Source of the DNA: an uncultured delta proteobacterium
GTDB lineage: Bacteria; Myxococcota; Kuafuiibacteriia; Kuafuiibacteriales; Kuafuiibacteriaceae
Assembly (NCBI GenBank): GCA_963803435.1
Contig: CAWDML010000012.1
Location: 1-32,000 of the forward strand
Length of the DNA stretch: 32,000 bases
Direction of reading: 5' to 3'
Of this stretch, positions 17,070 through 24,831 are shown one piece after another; position 1 is the stretch's first letter, and each line of letters begins with the position of its first letter. The notes beneath the pieces were generated by a model that was not told the DNA's origin, did not search any database, and saw nothing but the letters and a program-made list of their open reading frames with translations. A program made the position numbers and the translations under genes.

Positions 17070-18245
17070 TCAGGGGCAGGCGCAGTTCACTCCGGCGTTG
17101 TTGTTGGTATGGACGACGTTGGTGCAGGCGACCGGCGGCGGAGACGGGCTGTCGCAGTACAGGCCGAAGCCGCCGTTGTCGGTGAAGGAGCTGTCGGTGA
17201 TCTCCCAGGACGTCGCGCCGATCATCGCGAACCCGTCCCCTTGGTCGCCGGCGTTGTTGTGGCTGGACGAGCCGCGCATCACCAGAACGCCGTCGTAGAC
17301 CAGGGCCCCCGCCTCCGGGTTGTCGTGCATGTCGCAGCCTGCCTCCAGGTCGAGGCGACCGCCCTCGAGATAGGCGCCGTCCCAGACGTTCCCGTACAGC
17401 TCGGTGGTGTGAAGGGTGAGATCGCCGCCGATGACGTCGACGCCGTCGGACGCGCCGTGGATGACCGAGGTCGAGACCACGCCCACACCTCCCGCGACGA
17501 CATAGATGCCCGAGCTGTCGGTGGTGCTGATGTTCTCGATGGCGAGATCCTCCCCGGTCAGGTTCCCGCCGGCCTGGATCCAGATCCCGTTGTCGACCGC
17601 CGGTCCGATCCGCACCCGGCGGATCTCCGCCTGAGCGCTGAGCACGACGCCGTCGGCGTTCGCGTTCTCGATGGACAGGTCCTCCAGCACCACGCCGGCG
17701 GTGAGCACCGAGACCGTCGGCGCCCCGGCCCCCGCGAGCACCGTGGTCTCACCAGCCCCGTGCAGCGTGATGCCCTTCGTCAGCGAGATCGACCCTTCGA
17801 ATCGGCCCGGAGAGATGAGGAGCACGTCGCCCGGCTGGGCGGCGTCGATCGCCTCCGGGAGGGAGCAGTAGACACCGCGGCCCTGGATCTCGACGGTGAC
17901 TCCGAGGCACACCCCGGCGTCCGGATCGGTGCCGGCGTCCTTGGGTGATGGCGGGCCCGCGTCCATCTCGGTGCCGGTATCGCTCGCTTCGGCGTCCATC
18001 GCCCCGGCGTCGGCATACGTCCCGCTGTCGAGGGGCGTGATGCCGGCGTCGTTCTCCAACCCCCCGACGATCGGCGTCACCATGGCGTCCGCGTCCTTGA
18101 TGACCACCTGCGCCTCGATGCACAGCCCTTCGACGCAGCGCTCGTCGCCGGCGCAATCCGAGTTGGCCTGGCACCCCGTCTCGAGCGCAGGTTGCGCGCA
18201 CGCAGCCATCGCCAGAAGTGGAGCAAAGGGGAGGAGCCAGCGCAT
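17070..18245 (-). CDS. lipoprotein with right-handed parallel beta-helix repeats
   Basis: MRWLLPFAPLLAMAACAQ has a signal peptide and lipobox. Then come a Cys-rich knot and an Asp/Ala/Gly-rich linker. Repeated GxxIxxxxxxxIxNxxI-type beta-helix turns follow (VLEDLSIENANADGVVL, GEDLAIENISTTDSSGIYV, ...). Confidence 0.8.
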   Translation of the reverse strand: MRWLLPFAPLLAMAACAQPALETGCQANSDCAGDERCVEGLCIEAQVVIKDADAMVTPIVGGLENDAGITPLDSGTYADAGAMDAEASDTGTEMDAGPPSPKDAGTDPDAGVCLGVTVEIQGRGVYCSLPEAIDAAQPGDVLLISPGRFEGSISLTKGITLHGAGETTVLAGAGAPTVSVLTAGVVLEDLSIENANADGVVLSAQAEIRRVRIGPAVDNGIWIQAGGNLTGEDLAIENISTTDSSGIYVVAGGVGVVSTSVIHGASDGVDVIGGDLTLHTTELYGNVWDGAYLEGGRLDLEAGCDMHDNPEAGALVYDGVLVMRGSSSHNNAGDQGDGFAMIGATSWEITDSSFTDNGGFGLYCDSPSPPPVACTNVVHTNNNAGVNCACP

Positions 18246-18480
18246 GGGCGTTCACACTGCAGCTCGTGTTCCACCTCCCGGACTCATCGTCTCGGCCCGA
18301 GGTGTCGGGTGCTGTAGACAGTGGGCGGAGGGGAGAAATGGTAGGTCCGGAGCTCGGCGCGGACACCGCCGAGGCGAGCCCGGTCCCACGGTCGGTGGAC
18401 CCGCGAATCCCGAGTCCGCCCGGACGCGTGCGGGTCCTCGGAGACCGCTGGATTGGGGACTTGGGTCCCTGAGTTTTCCT

Positions 18481-19129
18481 TCACGGCGCGGATCGGCCCG
18501 CCGGATCGGCCGCCCCGGCGGACCGGAACCCGTCCCGACGACCTGTGGCCCCGAGCCCCCGCCTGTCTCCCGGGTGTCTCACCGTCACGAGCCCCCTGTC
18601 GTCCGCGGCGATGACGCTGGAGTGCTGCCGCGAGAGGCGCTGCTCCGCGGTAGGAACGCGGGGCTCGCGCCAGGACCTCGGTCACCTGCGCGCGGGTGAG
18701 GTGCTCACCACCTCGCATCGCCTTGGCCAGCGCAGTCTGGCTGCGTCGGAGCACAGCGGCGTCGAGGTCCAGATCGTGGAAGCGCTTGGCGGCTCGGGCG
18801 ATCACCCGCGGCGCGACCAGGCGGAGGATCCAATCCACGTCGGCTCGGGCGATCACCCGCGGCGCGACCAGGCGGAGGATCCAATCCACGTCGGCGCGCG
18901 CGATGAGCTGCCAGGTTCCGCGCATCGCGTGGGTCCGGAGGACGGCGCCGTCCGAGATCGCGCGCTCGATGATCGCATCGGTGCTGCCGGGCAGGCGGAC
19001 CCCGAGCGCCCACTTGGCTGCTCCGTAGTCCTGGGCCTACACTGCGCCCAACCGGGCGACCAGCGCAGCAGGCGACGCAAGGTCACGGCGGCCGATGTGC
19101 TAGGCGGCGGGTCGACGCGTTCGGATCAT
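18481..19129 (-). pseudogene. AlkZ/YcaQ-like winged-helix DNA glycosylase pseudogene (two amber codons, tandem duplication, 3' decay)
   Basis: Reads MIRTRRPAA*HIGRRDLASPAALVARLGAV*AQDYGAAKWALGVRLPGSTDAIIERAISDGAVLRTHAMRGTWQLI...LTRAQVTEVL. TAG codons are at the complement of 19100-19102 and 19037-19039. Homology is lost below about 18690, where a full-length protein would continue for about 250 aa more. Confidence 0.7.
18791..18892. repeat. perfect 51-bp tandem duplication (2 copies) inside the AlkZ-like pseudogene
   Basis: GGCTCGGGCGATCACCCGCGGCGCGACCAGGCGGAGGATCCAATCCACGTC occurs at 18791-18841 and again at 18842-18892. It duplicates the peptide ARADVDWILRLVAPRVI in frame. Confidence 0.95.
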
Positions 19130-19291
19130 GACGCCCGGACGCTAAGGCCCGCGAGCGGGTTTCGCTAGGACCTGATGACCTCGCTCCGCAAGCACGTGAT
19201 CGCGACGCGCCTCGGCGAGACGAGGTAGAATCGCCGTCATCCGCGTCTCGCTCGCCCTCGCATTGGTCGCGGCTGTGCCGACGGCACCACC

Positions 19292-20195
19292 TTGCTCGAG
19301 CCCACCGACGCCGGTCCCGCACGGCCTCCGGCTTGCGAGGACGGAACGCTCAGCCCGGGCGAGGCCGTCAACCACGAGCTCCACCACAAGAAGACGTTCT
19401 GGGTCGGCGAAGGGTTGACGACGATGCTCGATCAGACCGACGCCGACGTCCCGGGCGAGCTCCTCCGCGTCCCCTTCGCCAGCTTCGCGCTCGTCTTCAC
19501 CGATCGGCACTTCCTCGGTATCGCCGAGCGCATGCTCGCCATCGAGGACGAGGACGCCACCGTCGCCGGCCAGAAGCTCCGCGTCGCCACCGTGTACGTT
19601 CGGGAGGCGCCGGAGGAGATTGAGCCGGATCGGGAGGCCCTCGGAGCTCGCGCGCTGCGCATCACTCTTGCCTTCGACGCGTTCGGCAGCGCCTGGCCAT
19701 ACATCCTCTCACGCGTCCTGCCGATCGACCCCACCGCAACGCTCAAAGAGATCGTCCGCGCTCACCTTCCCACCGACGGACGCGAGGATGAGCTGGTGCT
19801 CAAGTCCGGCCGGCTCGCCCGACTCGTGAACCTCGTGCTCAACGCCGTCCTCTACGCGACCAGCGCGGGAGTCGAGGCGAAGACCCTCCGGCGCACGAAG
19901 CCCAAGCCGAAGGCCAGCAGCAGGCGCGCGCCCGACCACACCTCCGACGACGTCTTCCACCTTCCCGGACACATCGACATCCAGCTGGTCCGGAACGTCA
20001 CCGCGATCGCACGCGCTCCCGGCGGACGCCAGAATCCTTCATCGCTTCATGGTGCGCGGCCACTGGCGGCGGCCCAATCCAGCCTGGGGCGACCAGCGCA
20101 TGAGATGGATCGAGCCCTACTGGAAGGGCCCCGAGATGGCCGCGGTCATCGAGCGCTCATATCGACTCCATCCGGGCGAGGTGATCGATCGGTAG
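19292..20195 (+). pseudogene. hypothetical protein with a conserved-looking C-terminal VRGHWRR...WIEPYWKGP motif, interrupted by a frameshift
   Basis: ORF 19292 frame up to about 20030 (...VFHLPGHIDIQLVRNVTAIARAPGG). A second frame then reads RILHRFMVRGHWRRPNPAWGDQRMRWIEPYWKGPEMAAVIERSYRLHPGEVIDR*, TAG 20193-20195. The TTG start is uncertain. Confidence 0.5.
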
Positions 20196-20228
20196 CCGAG
20201 CGGCCCCATTCGGACCGACCCCGAAACC

Positions 20229-20785
20229 CGAGCTCCACGAAGTCGCCAAAGGCGACGAGCGGAGCGAAGCGGACTAGCCCGAAGCCCGTGCGCAGCCCGA
20301 CAGATCCGAATGCGTCGGCCGACGCGGGAAAGGAATCGCCCTAGCGACGCCTGAGCTCCACGAAGTCGCCAAAGGCGACGAGCGGAGCGAAGCGGACTAG
20401 CCCGAAGCCCGTGCGCAGCCCGACAAATCCGAACGCGTCGGCCGACGCGGGAAAGGAATCGCCCTAGCGACGCCTGAGCTCCACGAAGTCGCCGAAGGCG
20501 ACGAGCGGAGCGAAGCGGACTAGCCCGAAGCCCGTGCGCAGCCCGACAAATCCGAACGCGTCGGCCGACGCGGGAAAGGAATCGCCCTAGCGACGCCTGA
20601 GCTCCACGAAGTCGCCGAAGGCGACGAGCGGAGCGAAGCGGACTAGCCCGAAGCCCGTGCGCAGCCCGACAAATCCGAACGCGTCGGCCGACGCGGGAAA
20701 GGAATCGCCCTAGCGACGCCTGAGCTCCACGAAGTCGCCAAAGGCGACGAGCGGAGCGAAGCGGACTAGCCCGAAGCCCGTGCGC
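20229..20785. repeat. tandem array, 123-bp unit, about 4.5 near-identical copies
   Basis: GAGCTCCACGAAG starts at 20230, 20353, 20476, 20599 and 20722 (exact 123-nt period). Each unit carries GTCGCC(A/G)AAGGCGAC and the perfect 14-bp palindrome GCGTCGGCCGACGC. The last copy is truncated after CCCGTGCGC, 22 nt before selC. Confidence 0.95.
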
Positions 20786-20805
20786 GTCCAGCCAGCTCCG
20801 CAGGA

Positions 20806-20906
<101 letters not shown>

Positions 20907-20938
20907 GTTCGCTCGCGTAGCACGGGTGCCCGGCCGCG

Positions 20939-21553
20939 TTAAGCCCTCCGGCGCTTTCGGGGTGCGATCGCGTCGAGGTACGCGCGGCCGCGGGGCGAGA
21001 TCTCGTAGCCGACCTCGAAGCTCTGGGTGAGGCCGAGCTTCTTCAGCTTTCGGATGTCCACCTTCAGCTCGGCCCGGTCGCGTCCGAGCTTGTCGGCCAG
21101 CTTGCTCGCGGCGACCCGGGGTTGCTTCTCGATGGCTCGGAGGGTGGCGAGGGTCCAGGCACCGTTGCGATCGAGGCGTTCGAGCTTGGTGCAGAGCTCC
21201 GAGACGTCGTCCTCCGAGAGGTGGTCGTCGAGCGCGATCTCGACGCGATCGCCGTCGCCGCCGTGGTGGAGGGTGACGCGGTAGAGCTCGGTGTCGTCGT
21301 CGAGGGCGCCGCCGGGGCCGGAGCGGATGTAGTCGAGGAGGGCGGCCTTGGAGTCGAAGCCGGCCTTCTTGGCGTCGCGGGCGGTGATGTCGCCGAAGCG
21401 GACGAGGTCGATGGCGTCGACCTCGAGGACACCGATCGGGTGGCAGCGGTAGCGGCCGCCGGGGCGGACGTGCGGCTTCTCCCAGCGGCGGAAGGTGAGC
21501 GTGATGCGGCCGTTCAGCAGGCCTTCGTGGAAGGGCTTCTTGAACAGAAGCAT
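20939..21553 (-). CDS. ASCH (PUA-like) domain protein with a C-terminal winged-helix-like region
   Basis: N-terminus LLFKKPFHEGLLNGRITLTFRRWEKP... is typical of ASCH. The C-terminal part has an HTH-like segment ASKLADKLGRDRAELKVDIRKLKKLGL. Confidence 0.65.
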   Translation of the reverse strand: MLLFKKPFHEGLLNGRITLTFRRWEKPHVRPGGRYRCHPIGVLEVDAIDLVRFGDITARDAKKAGFDSKAALLDYIRSGPGGALDDDTELYRVTLHHGGDGDRVEIALDDHLSEDDVSELCTKLERLDRNGAWTLATLRAIEKQPRVAASKLADKLGRDRAELKVDIRKLKKLGLTQSFEVGYEISPRGRAYLDAIAPRKRRRA

Positions 21554-21566
21554 GCGGGCGGGACGA

Positions 21567-22160
21567 TCAGATCTTGACCAGCTCCAGGTCCAGCTCGATC
21601 TTCACCTTCTGGTCGACGACCACGCCGCCGGTCTCGATCGCCTTGTTCCACTTGAGGCCGTAGTCGTAGCGATCGATCACCGTGCTGGCGCTGGCGCCGC
21701 GGACCATCTTTCCCCAGGGATTCTTGGCGGGGGCCGTGACCTCGGTGACGTGGAGCGTGACGGGCTTGGTGACGTCGCGGATCGTCAAGGTGCCTTGCAC
21801 TTCGTAGCCCTTGCCCTTCTTGGTGACCTTGGTGGACTTGAAGGTCATCTTCGGGAACTTCTGCGAGTCGAAGAAGTCGGGGGAGCGGAGGTGCTCGTCC
21901 CGCTTGTCGGCATCGGTGTCGACGGAGGCGGTATCGATGGAGACCTCGATCTTGTTGTTGGCCGGATTCTTGTCGTCGAGATCGATGGTGCCGGTGTACG
22001 TCTTGAACTTGCCGCGGACGTTGGAGACCGCCATGTGGCGGACCACGAAGCCGACCGTGCTGTGGTCGGGATCGACGCTCCATTGATCGGCGTAGGCGGC
22101 CCCGCCGGCGAGGCTCACCAGGGACCAGACAGCGCTAGCGAAGAGGATTCGTTTGGACAT
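21567..22160 (-). CDS. yceI: YceI-family periplasmic polyisoprenoid-binding protein
   Basis: Signal peptide MSKRILFASAVWSLVSLAGGAAYA, then W.VDPDHSTVGFVVRHMAVSNVRGKF, DKRDEHLRSPDFFDSQKFPKMTF and GTLTIRDVTKPV, which are canonical YceI motifs. Confidence 0.9.
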   Translation of the reverse strand: MSKRILFASAVWSLVSLAGGAAYADQWSVDPDHSTVGFVVRHMAVSNVRGKFKTYTGTIDLDDKNPANNKIEVSIDTASVDTDADKRDEHLRSPDFFDSQKFPKMTFKSTKVTKKGKGYEVQGTLTIRDVTKPVTLHVTEVTAPAKNPWGKMVRGASASTVIDRYDYGLKWNKAIETGGVVVDQKVKIELDLELVKI

Positions 22161-22168
22161 GGGTGTCT

Positions 22169-22188
22169 AATCGGACTAAGGTCCGGTT
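22169..22188. promoter_or_regulatory. imperfect dyad AATCGGAC-TAAG-GTCCGGTT in the yceI/tetR divergent intergenic region (candidate TetR operator)
   Basis: 7 of 8 positions are symmetric. It lies in the 62-bp divergent gap between 22160 and 22223. Confidence 0.35.
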
Positions 22189-22222
22189 CATGTCAAGGCT
22201 TTTCTTGATAAGGTGAGGGGCG

Positions 22223-22858
22223 GTGACGGGGAGGCCCAAGACGCGCGGGCTGTCGGTCGTCGGCCAGGCGCCGGCAGTGCCCGAGCGGCGGGACGCGGCG
22301 CGAAATCGCGTCCGGATCTTGGAGGCTGCGCGCCAGCTCCTACGGGATCGACCGATCGGGGAGATCTGCATGGACGAGCTGGCCCGCACGGCCGGCGTCG
22401 GCAAGGGGACCCTGTATCGGCGCTTTGCGGACCGGGCCTCGCTGTGCCGGGCGCTCCTGCACGAGAACGCGATCGGCCTGCAGAACCGGGTCCTCGACGG
22501 GCTCGGTCTGCCGATCGACGCGCCCTGGATCGACCGCCTCGATCGCTGCCTCGACGCCTTCTTCGACTTCGTCCACGACAACGCCGCCCTCCTCTCGGAG
22601 GCGCTCGCGTTCGACCGGGGGAAGACCACCCGCTTCACGCACCCGGCCCACGCCTGGCAGCGGGAGACGCTGGCCCTCTATCTGACCAAGGCCGTCGCCG
22701 CGAACGAGATCCAGCCGCTGGATCCGACCGTCACGGCCGAGCTCCTCCTGGCGGGCCTCGATCCCGACCTGATGCAGTGGCAGCACACGTGCGGTTTGAA
22801 CCGCGACGCGCTCAAGCTCCACTTCCGGCGCTTCTGGCGCCAGGGCGTCCTCGGCTAG
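22223..22858 (+). CDS. TetR/AcrR-family transcriptional regulator
   Basis: RNRVRILEAARQLLRDRPIGEICMDELARTAGVGKGTLYRRFADRASL is the TetR N-terminal HTH. Divergent from yceI. The TAG stop lies in the CTAG target of the adjacent IS. Confidence 0.85.
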   Translation: MTGRPKTRGLSVVGQAPAVPERRDAARNRVRILEAARQLLRDRPIGEICMDELARTAGVGKGTLYRRFADRASLCRALLHENAIGLQNRVLDGLGLPIDAPWIDRLDRCLDAFFDFVHDNAALLSEALAFDRGKTTRFTHPAHAWQRETLALYLTKAVAANEIQPLDPTVTAELLLAGLDPDLMQWQHTCGLNRDALKLHFRRFWRQGVLG

Positions 22859-22928
22859 GAGCGTGTAGCGCGTAGCGCTACCGCGAGCCCGGTCCGGGTC
22901 CCGGTCCCGGTCCCGGTCCCGATGGCGA

Positions 22929-23310
22929 TCATGCAGCCCGGCGTGCGTTCATCGACTTGACGAGGCGCGTGAGCATCTCGACAACGCGCTTGAGCTTGGC
23001 TCTGGCGGCTTGGACCTTCTGCTCGTCGGCGAGTCGGCGCCTCAAGCAGGTGTGGAGTGAGGCGGCGCTTTCGGTGCCAGAGCGAAGTGCCATCCGGTAG
23101 AAGCGAGCGGTAGAAGCGAGCCTTCTCAGGTGGATTGAACTCTCCGGCGCCCTCGGCGGTGTTGTTCACGATGGAATCGGATGCCCGCCGAAGCTGATCG
23201 CGGACGTGAGCGTGACCGGGTTGCAGTTCTTGTGCGATCTCTTCAGCGATGTCGGCATACTCGACGGCGAGCTGGTAGGCCTCGAGCTTCTCGTGATCGA
23301 AAGTGACCAT
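22929..23310 (-). pseudogene. four-helix-bundle protein (23S rRNA intervening-sequence protein family), frameshifted by a 13-bp duplication
   Basis: MVTFDHEKLEAYQLAVEYADIAEEIAQEL...QLRRASDSIVNNTAEGAGEFNPPEKARFYR, then out of frame. Removing one copy of CGGTAGAAGCGAG restores ...RFYRMALRSGTESAASLHTCL...VEMLTRLVKSMNARRAA* (122 aa). Confidence 0.8.
23095..23120. repeat. 13-bp tandem duplication CGGTAGAAGCGAG x2
   Basis: Read directly at 23095-23107 and 23108-23120. It causes the frameshift in the four-helix-bundle gene. Confidence 0.95.
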
Positions 23311-23429
23311 GCAAGCTAGCTTGCGGTAGCTCGTCCACTTTGACCAGCAGAAGTTCTTGGAGGTCGTTTCGTCTGGAATCGATCGTTGGGCGGATCGACT
23401 TCGACGCCTGGACTTGATCCCATGGTTTC

Positions 23430-24687
23430 GTGGCGAAGCAATACCGTTCTTGGACTCCGAGACAATCGTTCTTGCTCCCGCCGTCCCCTCTCGAGTGGCC
23501 CAGAAAATCATCTCGCGTACTTCGTCTTGGACGTCGTCGATGAGGTAGAGCTGAGCGCGATCGAGATCTCGATCCAGTCCAAGGACCCGCGAGGCGAGCG
23601 ACCGTACTCGCCTCGAATGATGATCGCGCTGCTTCTGTACGCCCACTGCACCGGCATCTATTCGTCGCGGAGGATCGCGCGGGCGACCTACCAAGACATT
23701 CCATTCCGGGTGCTGGCTGGAGAAAGTCATCCCCACTTCACGACGATCAACGAGTTTCGGCTGGTCCACCTGGAGGCACTGAAAGCGCTCTTCCTCGAAG
23801 TCCTGAAGCTTTGCCAGAAAGCAGGTTTGGTGCGGCTCGGACACGTCGCACTCGATGGCTCGAAGGTGCAGGCGAACGCGAGCAAGCACAAGGCGATGAC
23901 CTACGAGCGGATGGCCGAGGAGGAGAAGCGGCTGTCTCTCGAGATCGAAGAACTGCTGGAGCGAGCGCGCACGATCGACCAAGAGGAAGACGAGCAAAGC
24001 GGATGATGCTCTTGTGGATCTGGTGGAGCAGAAGCGAGCGAGAACTCGAGCCGAGAAGGCAAGAGCGCAGGCTGACCAGCTCGAACCATCCCCAGACCCA
24101 GACCCAACTGAACGAAATGATGGATGGCCGCATCATCGCGTTCCTGCAAATGTGGACGGCACACCGAGGCCCAACGCTCAGAGGAACTTCACCGACTCAG
24201 ACAGGTGATTGTCGCCGAAGGGGTCAGCAACCAGGCACCTGATCAGCAACGCCTCGTCCCGATGCTCCGTGATGTGTTCGGCAACTGCGGCGATGCTCCG
24301 CGGAAGATGACGGCAGACAACGGCTATCTGAGCGCGACCAACATCGAATTCTGCGACAACAATCAGATCGATGCCCACATCGCTGTTGGACGCGAACAGA
24401 ACCAAGACGCGTCGACTCCGTCCTCATCAGCTTCGGAGCCCACACCTGCCTCGCTCGCTCGCAAGCGAATGCGAGACAAGTTGCAAACGCGCGACGGCAA
24501 GGCGGTCTACCCCCGCAGGAAGAGTATCGTCGAACCGGCGCTCGGACAGATCAAAGGGGCACGAGGATTCCGCCGGTTCTCGCTCCGCTCCTTCTTCAAG
24601 GTACGAGCCGAGTGGACGCTCGTCTGCCTCACCCACAACCTGCTCAAGCTCTACCGATCGAAGCTCGCGACCGTCGCGAGCGTCTGA
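23430..24687 (+). pseudogene. IS1182-family DDE transposase, broken into at least 4 frame segments with an internal deletion
   Basis: Segments: RQSFLLPPSPLEW (frame 0); PENHLAYFVLDVVDEVELS...YSPRMMIALLLYAHCTGIYSSRRIARATY...LDGSKVQANASKHKAMTYERM (frame 1, stop 24004); ADDALVDLVEQKRAR...AQRNFTDSD (frame 2); QVIVAEGVSNQAPDQQRLVPML...ADNGY...PRRKSIVEPALGQIKGARGFRRFSLRSFFKVRAEWTLVCLTHNLLKL (frame 1). Shifts are near 23499, 24000 and 24205. The usual SRIM...YNAQ block between NFTD and QVIVA is missing. Confidence 0.8.
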
Positions 24688-24831
24688 CTCAAGGCAGCCA
24701 TCTTCAGATCGGGATCGGGATCGGGACCCGGACCGGGACCGGGACCCGGACCGGGGTCGCGTGAGCGCTTACGCGCTAAACGCTCCTAGCGGAGCAGGCC
24801 CTCGAGCGGTAGAAGGGCGCTCGGTGTTTTC

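Larger units (their letters stand above)
22859..24785 (+). mobile_element. IS1182-like insertion sequence (1927 bp) with about 65-bp imperfect terminal inverted repeats, flanked by CTAG; decayed
   Basis: Left end GAGCGTGTAGCGCGTAGCGCTACCGCGAGCCCGGTCCGGGTCCCGGTCCC... pairs with the reverse complement of the right end GAGCGTTTAGCGCGTAAGCGCTCACGCGACCCCGGTCCGGGTCCCGGTCCC.... CTAG is at 22855-22858 and 24786-24789. It contains a transposase and a passenger gene. Confidence 0.8.

Noticed and set aside
16404-17948. 514-aa plus-strand ORF
   Set aside because: Antisense to the beta-helix lipoprotein gene. Arg/Gly/Asp-rich low-complexity translation.
20229-20785. Possible CRISPR array
   Set aside because: Units are contiguous and near-identical with no unique spacers. 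A 123-bp period is far outside CRISPR repeat-spacer geometry, and there are no cas genes.
9663-20800. Amber (TAG) recoding or suppression as an explanation for in-frame TAGs (AlkZ-like x2, 10236-10238, one per 123-bp unit)
   Set aside because: TAG terminates clearly intact genes here (clpP, tetR, the 9663 and 16279 ORFs). The odd tRNA-like gene has no CUA anticodon, and no pyrrolysine machinery is visible. CAG-to-TAG transitions in decaying genes are the simpler explanation.
22855-23997. 380-aa minus-strand ORF
   Set aside because: A composite: its C-terminal part is the frameshifted four-helix-bundle gene plus read-through into the IS inverted repeat (GTGTGT peptide from the GGTCCC microsatellite). 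The rest is antisense to the transposase.
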